Shown here in pieces: positions 27,575 through 36,710 of a DNA stretch of 64,000 bases. The stretch is taken from assembly GCA_016932575.1 (NCBI GenBank), contig JAFGCO010000011.1, positions 10,851 to 74,850 of the forward strand. The letters run 5' to 3'. Made by a program: the position numbers and the translations under genes. A model generated the notes under the pieces. That model had not been told where the DNA came from and did no database searches. It saw only the letters and a program-made list of their open reading frames with translations. Source of the stretch: a bacterium (GTDB lineage: Bacteria > Zhuqueibacterota > QNDG01 > JAFGCO01). The number at the start of each line of letters is the position of its first letter. The stretch's first letter is position 1.

Positions 27575-30193
27575 ATGCAAAATGCCAGTATCCTGATCGT
27601 TGAAGATGAAGTGATTATCGCCTATGATCTTCAGCAAAAGCTGCAAACGTTGGGTTATCAGGTTCCCGATATATGCACCTCTGGTGAAGAAGCTATAGAA
27701 AGCACAAACAAACATCTGCCGGATCTCATTCTTATGGATATCCGGCTTCATGGAAATATGTCAGGAATCGAAGCCGTCGAACAGATCCAAAAACAACACG
27801 ACATGCCCATCATATACCTGACTGCTCATACGGACACATCCACCCTTGAAAAAGCAAAGCATACACGGCCTGAGGGGTACCTTGTCAAGCCTATTGATGA
27901 CGAACAATCCATTTACGGCCCAATAGAAATCGCATTACACAAACATCAGATGGAAACCATTCTCAAGGAAAGGGAATCCTGGTTCGCTTCAACTCTGCAA
28001 AGCATTGAAGATGCAGTTATTACCATCGATCATCTGGGAAATATTACTGTAATGAATCCCAAAGCCCAAATGATGACAGGCTATTCAAAATCACCCTCTC
28101 CTGAACAAAGCATCGATGAAATTATCCCTCTGTCGTTAAATAAAAAATCCATATATATCTCCAGGTGGATGCAGGAAACCATCAAGACCGGTCAATCCAT
28201 CAATCTTCCGGATAACACACTCCTTCATAACCTGAATGGAACCGTTTTTAATATCGAAGGCACAATTACTCCAATCTTCTCACCAAAAAACGAGGTGTTG
28301 GGCGCGGTTTTTTCCTTTCGAAATATCACTGAAAGAAAAAAAATGGAAGACCGGCTTCGAATGACCCAGTATTCTCTGAATCATGTCGGTGAAGGCGCTT
28401 TCTGGATACGAAAGGATGCTACTTTTGCCGCTGTGAATGAAACCGCCTGTAAAATGCTGGCTTATACTCGTGAGAGATTACTTCAAAAAACAATTGTTGA
28501 CATAGACAGTAATCTAAGCTTGAAGCGTTGGAATTTATATTGGGAGACGTTAAAGGAAAAACAGCATCATATTTTCGAGACAACACTATTCACAAGAGAC
28601 GGCCGAAAATTGCCTGTGGAAATCATTGGCAACTATCTGGAATATAATGAGGTCGAATACAATTTTGCAATTGTCCGCGATATTACGGAAAGAATCATTA
28701 ATATAAAGGCACTGCAGGAAAGTAAACGAAAGCTCAGTTTATTCGCACGGAATTTCAGGGGGATCGCTTATCAGGTACAGGCCAAAGGCGAGCATGAATA
28801 TATTATTTCACATCTTGAAGGCGATCTGGAACGTATCACAGGTTATCCCTCTGAACTGTTTCACTCGGGAGAAATGCATTGGAATCAACTTATTCATCCG
28901 GATGATCTCGACAAAGTGCTTTCAGAAGACAAAAAGATGATCACCATATCAGACTATACAGCTGATAATGAATATCGGATCATTAAAAAGGATAAAAGTA
29001 TCCGTTGGGTCAGAGATATTGCCCGTATCATTGAAACGGAAAAGAATCTGATCTATCAAGGTTCGATTTTTGATATCACCGAACGTGTACAAGCGGAACA
29101 GGCGCTCAGAGAAAGTGAAGAAAAATATCGAAGTCTCGTCGAACTGGCAAGTGATGGCATTCTCATTGTTCATCAGGGATGGATTCGTTTCGCAAATAAC
29201 AGGCTAATCTCAATGTTCGATCTTCCGGCCAGCAAAGTGCTGAATACCCGATGGCTGGATCATGTTATTCCTGAAGACAAATCCATAGTAACAAAATACT
29301 TTAAAAATCAAATGCATAATAAAGAGATAACAGAAACCTTCGAGATTCAAATCTATCTTCGCAACAATCAAATACTGCCTGTCGAAATCAGTATGGGACA
29401 TATCCCATTCCATGAAGAAAAAGCATATTTGGTCTTTGTCCGTGATATTCGCGAACGGAAGAAAGCAGAATTGGCCATGCAGCAGGCCCAACGCACGTAT
29501 CATCTGGCTTCATTGGGAACTCTGGCTGCCGGCATTTCTCATGAAATCAATCAGCCGCTGACAGCGCTGAAAGTTAAAGTGGACGGCCTGCTCTATTGGG
29601 GAAAAGAAAATCCTGATATTTTACAAAGAAATTTAAAGAGCAATTTGCATTTTATCTCAGAGCAGGCAGAAGAAATCAATAAGATCATCAAACACATGCG
29701 CTCGCTTATCTATCAGGAAAAAGGTCCCTTAACCAAAATCCATATCAATCAGGTTATCCAAAAAGCCTGCCGTTTTGTGGAGCAGAGACTTTCCTCTCAT
29801 GGCATTGTTCTCAATCTCAGATTAACCCCGCGAGATCCAAGCGTTCTCGCCATTGAAACGCCTTTGGAACAGATTGTATTAAATCTCATCACCAACGCCC
29901 TTAACGCATTGAATCGTACCGATCTGAATGAGAAAATCATCGAAATACAGACACAGCGCAGGCATGGTTATTGTTTTATCCATGTCAGGGATAACGGCCC
30001 CGGCATCCCGGAAGACAACATGAACCGGATTTTTGATCCATTATTTACAACGGAAAAAAATGGAAAAGGCATGGGACTGGGCCTTGCCATTGTGGAAGAA
30101 TTGCTAAGACAATTCAAGGGATCTATTAAGGCAAAAAATCAGACAACAGGTGGCGCTCAAATGACCGTACAGATACCATTAATTAATGAATAA
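27575..30193 (+). CDS. Hybrid REC-PAS(xN)-HisKA-HATPase sensor kinase
   Basis: The track start 27524 is TTG. ATG 27575 (MQNASILIVEDEVIIAYDL...) has AAGGTG upstream. Multiple PAS repeats. H-box ISHEINQPLTAL. HATPase GMGLGLAI. Confidence 0.8.
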   Translation: MQNASILIVEDEVIIAYDLQQKLQTLGYQVPDICTSGEEAIESTNKHLPDLILMDIRLHGNMSGIEAVEQIQKQHDMPIIYLTAHTDTSTLEKAKHTRPEGYLVKPIDDEQSIYGPIEIALHKHQMETILKERESWFASTLQSIEDAVITIDHLGNITVMNPKAQMMTGYSKSPSPEQSIDEIIPLSLNKKSIYISRWMQETIKTGQSINLPDNTLLHNLNGTVFNIEGTITPIFSPKNEVLGAVFSFRNITERKKMEDRLRMTQYSLNHVGEGAFWIRKDATFAAVNETACKMLAYTRERLLQKTIVDIDSNLSLKRWNLYWETLKEKQHHIFETTLFTRDGRKLPVEIIGNYLEYNEVEYNFAIVRDITERIINIKALQESKRKLSLFARNFRGIAYQVQAKGEHEYIISHLEGDLERITGYPSELFHSGEMHWNQLIHPDDLDKVLSEDKKMITISDYTADNEYRIIKKDKSIRWVRDIARIIETEKNLIYQGSIFDITERVQAEQALRESEEKYRSLVELASDGILIVHQGWIRFANNRLISMFDLPASKVLNTRWLDHVIPEDKSIVTKYFKNQMHNKEITETFEIQIYLRNNQILPVEISMGHIPFHEEKAYLVFVRDIRERKKAELAMQQAQRTYHLASLGTLAAGISHEINQPLTALKVKVDGLLYWGKENPDILQRNLKSNLHFISEQAEEINKIIKHMRSLIYQEKGPLTKIHINQVIQKACRFVEQRLSSHGIVLNLRLTPRDPSVLAIETPLEQIVLNLITNALNALNRTDLNEKIIEIQTQRRHGYCFIHVRDNGPGIPEDNMNRIFDPLFTTEKNGKGMGLGLAIVEELLRQFKGSIKAKNQTTGGAQMTVQIPLINE

Positions 30194-31649
30194 TGGTGGC
30201 ATAATGATGCATATTTTACTGGTTGAAGACAACACAGGAGTCCGGGAAAGTCTGGTCGAATTACTCCAGAATCTCGGCTATCAGATCACAAGCTGTGAAA
30301 ATGGAAAAATTGCCATGGACATCCTCAATCAGTCGGATATTAATGTGGTCCTGTCTGACATCATGATGCCGGTAATGAATGGACATCAATTACTGAAAAA
30401 TGTTAAAGACAAGGATTCGTTAAAACATATTGAAGTCATCTTATTTACAGGACATGGAGACGTGAAAAGCGCTGTGGAAGCCATGCGTGACGGCGCATAC
30501 GATTATTTGGTCAAACCGGTGAATGTTGAGGAATTGGACGTGGTTTTAAAACGGCTGAATGATCTTTTTCAATTAAAAACAGACCATGAAAAACTCAGCC
30601 ATCATTTTAAGGAAGAAGTTCAAAAAGCCACGCAGGAAATTGAGAATGAATTAATTGCCATTCGCAAGGCATTTGCACGGGAAATTGGCACAGTTGAAAT
30701 TGGTATTTTTTCAAAATCCATGAAACAGGTTTTCGGACGCGCAGAAAAACTGCATCAGAATCCCGACATTCCTGTACTCATTGAAGGAGAAACAGGGACT
30801 GGAAAAGAGCTGGTGGCTCATTTCATCCATTATGGGCATGGCGATGTGGTCGCTCCTTTTGTGGGATTAAACTGTGCGGCACTCAGCGCCAATTTATTTG
30901 AAAGCGAGCTGTTCGGTTACGAACCCGGTGCATTTACCGGAGGCAGCCCCAGGGGTCAAAAAGGCAAACTGGAACTAAGCGGGAATGGTTCTCTTTTCCT
31001 GGATGAAATTACGGAAATGCCGGCTGAGCACCAGGCCAAGTTGTTACGGGTAATTCAGGAACGGGAATTTTTCCGTGTGGGGGGGTTAAAAAAAAAGGAA
31101 GCCAAAGCCAGGTTCATTTGCGCAACGAACCGGAATGTAAAAGAAGCCGTTAAAAACGGCTCTTTTCGTCAGGATCTATACTTCCGGTTGAATATCGGAC
31201 ATATCCGTATTCCTCCGCTGAGAGAGCGTCCGGAATCTATTTTACCAATGGCTCTTTTATTTTTGAAACAACTGACAAAGCAGAAAGCCACACATTTCCA
31301 GAAAATTTCTCAAAAAGCCAGTGAGATGCTTCAAAAGTATCATTGGCCGGGCAATGTACGTGAGTTAAAAAATCTGATCGAACGCATTGTTCTGTACTGG
31401 GATGACGAAGAAATCCGGCCAACTCATGTTCGTGCCTGCCTTGAAAGTATCCCAAGCCCTTATATGTCCAATAAAATAAACGAAATCCCTGAAGAATTCC
31501 AAATGCCCGGAAACCGTATGGATTTAAATAAACATGTATTGACCCTGGTAAAAAAGGCCCTGGATATGCATCAGGGCAATCAAACGCAGACCGCCCAGTA
31601 TCTTGGAATTTCTGTCCGCGTCTTGCATACATATATGAAAAAATTATAA
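30186..31649 (+). CDS. Sigma-54-dependent response regulator (NtrC family; REC + AAA+ activator + Fis-type HTH)
   Basis: ILLVEDN...DVVLSDIMMP, Walker A GETGTGKE, GAFTGG motif ESELFGYEPGAFTGG, C-terminal HTH. It overlaps the upstream kinase gene by 8 nt. Alternative starts are ATG 30204 or 30207. Confidence 0.85.
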   Translation: MNNGGIMMHILLVEDNTGVRESLVELLQNLGYQITSCENGKIAMDILNQSDINVVLSDIMMPVMNGHQLLKNVKDKDSLKHIEVILFTGHGDVKSAVEAMRDGAYDYLVKPVNVEELDVVLKRLNDLFQLKTDHEKLSHHFKEEVQKATQEIENELIAIRKAFAREIGTVEIGIFSKSMKQVFGRAEKLHQNPDIPVLIEGETGTGKELVAHFIHYGHGDVVAPFVGLNCAALSANLFESELFGYEPGAFTGGSPRGQKGKLELSGNGSLFLDEITEMPAEHQAKLLRVIQEREFFRVGGLKKKEAKARFICATNRNVKEAVKNGSFRQDLYFRLNIGHIRIPPLRERPESILPMALLFLKQLTKQKATHFQKISQKASEMLQKYHWPGNVRELKNLIERIVLYWDDEEIRPTHVRACLESIPSPYMSNKINEIPEEFQMPGNRMDLNKHVLTLVKKALDMHQGNQTQTAQYLGISVRVLHTYMKKL

Positions 31650-31715
31650 AAATCAAATAAAAAACTTCGGGTTCCATAAAAGACAACACTCTATCTGAAT
31701 AAGCAGGTTGCGCCA

Positions 31716-31745
31716 ATTGACAAATCCGTATACCAATCTGTCAAT
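31716..31745. promoter_or_regulatory. Inverted repeat ATTGACA-N16-TGTCAAT, candidate enhancer (UAS) for the downstream sigma-54 promoter
   Basis: It lies ~110-140 bp upstream of the -24/-12 element at 31856. Confidence 0.35.
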
Positions 31746-31855
31746 CCATGAAATTTCCACGTATTTCTTTATCATAATTTCTTTCAATTAAATAATCATT
31801 TTATTTCAATTTAATTAATAATTTATATAAGCTCCCGGTCGGAAAGAATTCAACC

Positions 31856-31871
31856 TGGCATAATTCATGCA
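31856..31871 (+). promoter_or_regulatory. Sigma-54 -24/-12 promoter (TGGCAT-N5-aTGCA)
   Basis: caaccTGGCATaattcaTGCAttt. GG and GC are correctly spaced, with one mismatch at the first T of the -12 element. It is ~90-170 nt upstream of the first chemosensory gene and directly downstream of the NtrC-like gene. Confidence 0.6.
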
Positions 31872-32023
31872 TTTAAAGTTTTGTTTATTGATTCGCTGAC
31901 TTTAAGAAAAATGACAGAGCATAGATACAATGCCGCGTTTAATCATTGATAAAGTTCATGACAGGAATGAAAAGGGATGCCGAAATGCAGCTTGCCAACG
32001 CTTTGAAGAAAGTGGGGTCTCCG

Positions 32024-33037
32024 ATGAAGCTCCTGATTATTGATGATCAACCTCAAGTAACAAACAGCCTTAAAGAAGCCATCGAGCCTGGAGGACATGA
32101 ATGTGTGGTATTTAACCAGCCCCAAAAAGCCGTTTCACATTTTCAGAACGAATACTTTGATGCCGTCATTACCGATTTGAAAATGCCTGAAATGGATGGC
32201 ATTCAAGTCTTAAAAATGATTCAAAAAAATCGTCCGGGCACTCCGGTGATTATCCTTACAGGATATGCCGACACACAAAATGCCATAGAAGCAGTAAATC
32301 TCGGGGCATACGGTTTTTTTCAAAAGCCGGTTCAAATTCAGGAACTGCTGGAATCTCTCAAACAGATCGAATTAAAAATTCAGGAAGACATGTTGAGGGA
32401 TATCCGACTGAACCAGTTGCAGGCAGAAAAGGAAAAAATGTCCACTGAACTGAAAGAACGCATCAACCAGACTCTTCAGCTCATCAGCAGCCTGTTGCGA
32501 ATGCAATACGGAAAAATGGAAAACAGCCAGGCAAAAAAAGCGCTTCATTCCGCCTATCAACGCATACATACCATGGCATTGATTCATGAACGTATTTATT
32601 CAGAAGGTCACGCAGCAAAACTGAATCTGGCTGAATATATCAAACGTTACATGAATACATTTTCACAAATCAATCAATTGAATGAGAAAAATATCACCAT
32701 TGATTTGCAACTCGAACCTGTCACCGTGGATGTCAATCATGCCATCCCCTGGGGTTTGGTATTTAACGAACTGATCGCCAATGCCATTTCTCATGCCTTT
32801 TCAGACTCCAATGGAAATGACAACAGAATTTATGTGTCTCTAAACCGAAATAAAAGCAATGCCATTACTTTGAAAGTCAGTGACAACGGAAAAGGAATCG
32901 ATCAAAAAATAAATATGGATGAATATGCTTCTTTAGGCATGAACCTGATTTCAAATATTGTACGATATCAGCTTAACGGAAATATCGATATTCAATCCAA
33001 ATCCGGAACCTGTATAAAGATTGTTAGCCCCTCATGA
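32024..33037 (+). CDS. Response-regulator receiver fused to a degenerate HisKA_2-like domain (phospho-His replaced) plus HATPase_c
   Basis: Receiver MKLLIIDDQPQ...AVITDLKMPEMDG. The DHp segment aligns with the HisKA_2 kinase at 14444..15865 ([24 protein letters not shown] versus EKEKMSTELKERINQTLQLISSLL), so HH is replaced by KE. HATPase follows. The track start 31946 is TTG. Confidence 0.7.
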   Translation: MKLLIIDDQPQVTNSLKEAIEPGGHECVVFNQPQKAVSHFQNEYFDAVITDLKMPEMDGIQVLKMIQKNRPGTPVIILTGYADTQNAIEAVNLGAYGFFQKPVQIQELLESLKQIELKIQEDMLRDIRLNQLQAEKEKMSTELKERINQTLQLISSLLRMQYGKMENSQAKKALHSAYQRIHTMALIHERIYSEGHAAKLNLAEYIKRYMNTFSQINQLNEKNITIDLQLEPVTVDVNHAIPWGLVFNELIANAISHAFSDSNGNDNRIYVSLNRNKSNAITLKVSDNGKGIDQKINMDEYASLGMNLISNIVRYQLNGNIDIQSKSGTCIKIVSPS

Positions 33038-33076
33038 TCATTTTGACAACCTATGCGAGAATAAAAGGACGATACA

Positions 33077-33712
33077 ATGGACAATCAAGATCAAGTTAAG
33101 TATATCTGGCATCAGTGGGTCTGTTTTAAATTGGGCAATGAAGAGTTTGGTGTGGATATACTCAAAGTCAGAGAAATTGTACGCATCCAATCGATTACCC
33201 ATGTTCCACAGACACCTGATACAGTTGCCGGAGTGATCAATCTGCGAGGCAATGTCATTCCGGTAATCGATTTGCCCAAAAAGCTGGGTCTGCCTGAATC
33301 CAACCGGGACGACAAAGCACGAATCATTGTTTTTTTCGTCGGTGATAAACTGATCGGAATGATTGTAGATCATGTCGAACGTGTACTGCGTATCAGAAAA
33401 GAGCAGATTGAATCGCCTCCGGATATTGGTGCAGGCAGAATTCAGGATTATATTGAAGGCATGGGAAAAGTTGAGAAAGACCTGATTGTCTTACTGAATA
33501 TCGACAAAATATTAACCGAAGAAGATATTATTCAAATCGAAGATTTGAAAAAAATGAAACAGGCAACCGAACAAATAAAGGCATCGAAAATACCGCCTGA
33601 AAAAACTGTCAGAAAACCAGAATCCACATCGAAAACCGCAACGAAAAAAAAGACAAAATTGAATCTCCCGGTTGCTAAAAAAAAGAATCAGAAAAAATTA
33701 TCGAAAAAATAA
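33077..33712 (+). CDS. cheW: CheW-like coupling protein with a lysine-rich C-terminal tail
   Basis: GVDILKVREIVRIQSITHVPQTPDTVAGVINLRGNVIPVIDL. Confidence 0.8.
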   Translation: MDNQDQVKYIWHQWVCFKLGNEEFGVDILKVREIVRIQSITHVPQTPDTVAGVINLRGNVIPVIDLPKKLGLPESNRDDKARIIVFFVGDKLIGMIVDHVERVLRIRKEQIESPPDIGAGRIQDYIEGMGKVEKDLIVLLNIDKILTEEDIIQIEDLKKMKQATEQIKASKIPPEKTVRKPESTSKTATKKKTKLNLPVAKKKNQKKLSKK

Positions 33713-33731
33713 AAAAAGGGGAGAATCTGGC

Positions 33732-35873
33732 ATGACTGTTAAAAAGATACTGGGCATAAGTATAATAATCTTGTCAGGTATTGATATCGGATTTGCCCAA
33801 AAGACCGAAGATCTGATGTCTATGTCTCTCGAAGATATCCTTAACATGAATATTTTTTCAGTATCCAAGCAGGCAGAGAATATCTTCGAGTCCCCGCTTT
33901 CAGCATCAGTGATTACTCGGGAAGATATTCTGAACTCAGGCGTGACCACATTAGAAGAGGCTTTACGCCTCGCACCCGGGTTGATTGTTCGTGAAGAAAG
34001 CCACGGAAATTATGATATTCATATTCGGGGTATGGATAATATCCCGCCGGGTAATTTTACATCATTCAGTGAAAATACCATGACATTGGTCATGATCGAC
34101 GGTCGAAAGGTTTTCAATCATCTGAATGGCGGCACATTCTGGGAAACACTTCCGATCGGCATTGATGAAATTGAACGTATCGAAATTATACGCGGTCCGG
34201 CTGCCTCCTTGTATGGTCCCAACGCAGTCACGGGTGTGATCCATTTTATTACCAGGGAGGCACATATAGACAAGTCTGGTATTTCTGGAAATATCACACA
34301 AGGGCACCCAAACTCATCAATCGGTGAACTGAATGCTTTTTATAAACCGAGGAATAATATGGGTATGAAAATCAGCGCTATTGGGGAACAAAGAGAACGG
34401 TTTCAGGACACCTATCATTCATATTTACATGATGCAGAAGTGCCTTATGATTCGCTTCGGCCTTATCGAATCGATCCTTCCACAGATCAGGGTTACCCTG
34501 AAATTAAAGACAAGAACATTTCAAAAAAACGCTGGAGCAGCACAATCAGATTGAATTGGGACATTTCCAAATCGATAAAACTTGATATAAGCGGCGGCTA
34601 TCAGGATTCAAGAGCACAAACCGTATTTATGGAAACTTTTGCCACACCATTAAGCATTCGTACTTCAAAAACAAGTTATGCCAATATCAATGCTACTATT
34701 TACGGTTTTCAGTTACAGATTTCCGGTCAGACGGGAATACAGGACATGAAAGAAAATTTTAAAATTGTATCGAAATTCGATATGCGCATGTTTGATGGTA
34801 ATTTAGAATACGCCTGGGAAAAAGGTCCGCTGAAACTCAGGCCCGGAATGAGCTGGCAGGAAGTAATGTACAAAGATACGCCTTATCTGACTCCTGAGCA
34901 GCTGGATATGGGGTATTTAAACGCTGAACGAACTCTGAGCAATTATGCCTATTTTTTAAGGACAGAATATCAGCCTGTCAATCCTGTCCGCATTATAGCT
35001 GCTCTGCGTACCGATTATTATAATTACCCGGATACGGCCTATATTAATTATCAGCTGGCTGCAACATATCGAATAAATGGCAACAATATCATTCGAGGAG
35101 TCTATTCACGAGCCAATCGCGGTCCCTTTTTCATGGATATTTATACGGATGTTTCTGAATATATTGACGAAAAACAAATTGAATATCTGGGCAACAGAAA
35201 TTTACGATTACCATTAACAGATATGGCTGAAATTGGTTTTCGCAGCCGACTTTCAAAGCGAGTGCAAATGGATATTGAACTCTATTACAGCACAACCCGG
35301 GATCTGACCAGCCTTGATGTAAATACGATTGGATATATTGAGAATCAACCTTCAAATTTCAGCAGTCTGGGATATATCTACCACAATATTCGTTCGACAG
35401 CACGGCAGATGGGAATCACAGGCAATTTCAGCATCACCTTGAGTCAGTCATTAAAAAGTCGTTTTTACGGTTCAATCCAAAAAACGGAACTTGAAGATTT
35501 CGGCTGGAAAACCTCACCCTTTGAATTACAACCTGAAGAAGGATCACTTATACATAAAAATACTCCGGCATTTTATGGCGGCCTTTTACTCACATATCAT
35601 CCTTCCCATTCATGGACAGTAAACGGGAGCATTTATTATCTGGGTTCTCATATGTATCGGCATGATTACGCCTCGATAGATGAAGCCAATGGTGAAATAA
35701 AGCTGAAATCCAGACTCATTCCGGCAATCCATGTGAGATATAAATTTTTCAAAGAAAATTCGGTATACTTCACCCTGAAAAATTTCATTACCGATCAACG
35801 GGAATTCGGTTTTGCAGAATCTACCGGCCTGTCCATATTCGGAGGATTCCGGTGGGCATGGGCAAAGCCATAA
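33732..35873 (+). CDS. TonB-dependent outer-membrane receptor
   Basis: Signal peptide MTVKKILGISIIILSGIDIGFAQ. Plug domain SPLSASVITREDILNSGVTTLEEALRLAPGL...IERIEIIRGPAASLYGPNA. About 700 aa of beta-barrel. The track start 33672 is an upstream extension. Confidence 0.75.
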   Translation: MTVKKILGISIIILSGIDIGFAQKTEDLMSMSLEDILNMNIFSVSKQAENIFESPLSASVITREDILNSGVTTLEEALRLAPGLIVREESHGNYDIHIRGMDNIPPGNFTSFSENTMTLVMIDGRKVFNHLNGGTFWETLPIGIDEIERIEIIRGPAASLYGPNAVTGVIHFITREAHIDKSGISGNITQGHPNSSIGELNAFYKPRNNMGMKISAIGEQRERFQDTYHSYLHDAEVPYDSLRPYRIDPSTDQGYPEIKDKNISKKRWSSTIRLNWDISKSIKLDISGGYQDSRAQTVFMETFATPLSIRTSKTSYANINATIYGFQLQISGQTGIQDMKENFKIVSKFDMRMFDGNLEYAWEKGPLKLRPGMSWQEVMYKDTPYLTPEQLDMGYLNAERTLSNYAYFLRTEYQPVNPVRIIAALRTDYYNYPDTAYINYQLAATYRINGNNIIRGVYSRANRGPFFMDIYTDVSEYIDEKQIEYLGNRNLRLPLTDMAEIGFRSRLSKRVQMDIELYYSTTRDLTSLDVNTIGYIENQPSNFSSLGYIYHNIRSTARQMGITGNFSITLSQSLKSRFYGSIQKTELEDFGWKTSPFELQPEEGSLIHKNTPAFYGGLLLTYHPSHSWTVNGSIYYLGSHMYRHDYASIDEANGEIKLKSRLIPAIHVRYKFFKENSVYFTLKNFITDQREFGFAESTGLSIFGGFRWAWAKP

Positions 35874-35901
35874 CAATTCCAGTAATAAAAGGCAATCTAT
35901 C

Positions 35902-36144
35902 ATGAATATAAAAACGATCGCAGAATTCTTTTTATCGATTCTATGCCCGGGTTTTCTTTTCAATCTTCAGACCCGGGAGATCGACAGTAAAATTCTGCTG
36001 AATTTCACTTTAACGCATCATATCCATACGAATATCGATCTGTTTGTGAATACACGCAACGTATTGGGTAATAACTCCCAGGAATTTGGATTTACCGACA
36101 ATACAAACCGGCTCTGTCTGTCAGGCCTGCGTTTTGAATATTAA
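35902..36144 (+). pseudogene. Duplicated C-terminal fragment of a TonB-dependent receptor (80 codons)
   Basis: ...VNTRNVLGNNSQEFGFTDNTNRLCLSGLRFEY aligns with the C-terminus of the adjacent receptor (...KNFITDQREFGFAESTGLSIFGGFRW). It ends in the canonical terminal aromatic residue. It is in a different frame from the full gene. Confidence 0.35.
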
Positions 36145-36169
36145 TAACGGCTCAATCCTGGAGGCTATG

Positions 36170-36694
36170 ATGGCCAAATTGTTTATAAAAATATTCATTC
36201 TGATCATGACAGGCATACTCATTCTCTTGCCTGTTTCACTGACGGCTCAGACAGAAAATACACCTGCGAGTCTTGCTGTTGCTCTGACCTTGAAATTGGC
36301 CGCTTTTGAAAAAAATATCGCGTCACAAGAAAATGTGACAATATTTGTTCTGGGAGCGCCTGATGTAGCTGTTGAGCTACAGAACGTCATCGGAAGTGCG
36401 ATTGGCAAAGCGACACTGACTGCCGTATCATCCGGAGATACATTGCCGGAACAGCCGCCCTCTTTACTGTTTGTCGGTTCTGAAGCCGATATCAATCAAG
36501 CCGTTGAATATGCAAAAAAGCACAACATCCTCAGCATCACAGGCGTGCCGCAGTTTGCCAGCAAAGGAGTAATCCTCGGAATCGGCATCGGAACAAACGG
36601 GAAACCCGTTGTTACATTAAACCTGACTTCAACGATCGAAGCGGGTATTTCCTGGAATCCTGCCATCATGAAAATCGCAAAAACAATCAAATAA
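36170..36694 (+). CDS. Second YfiR-like (DUF4154-like) periplasmic protein
   Basis: Signal peptide MAKLFIKIFILIMTGILILLPVSLTAQ. It aligns block-wise with the protein at 15872..16444 (ILSITGVPQFASKGVILGIGIGTNGKPVVTLNLTSTIEAGISWNPAIMKIA versus ILTVGDETNFSKDGGMINFIIKKKKIRFEINSEAVKQSGLKMSTKLLKMA). It lies 17 nt upstream of the first MCP. Confidence 0.55.
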   Translation: MAKLFIKIFILIMTGILILLPVSLTAQTENTPASLAVALTLKLAAFEKNIASQENVTIFVLGAPDVAVELQNVIGSAIGKATLTAVSSGDTLPEQPPSLLFVGSEADINQAVEYAKKHNILSITGVPQFASKGVILGIGIGTNGKPVVTLNLTSTIEAGISWNPAIMKIAKTIK

Positions 36695-36710
36695 GGGGTA
36701 AGAATATACC

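Noticed and set aside
33672-33731. Upstream extension of the TBDR ORF (MLKKRIRKNYRKNKKRGESG)
   Set aside because: It overlaps the CheW lysine-rich tail in another frame. ATG 33732 gives a proper signal peptide and SD.
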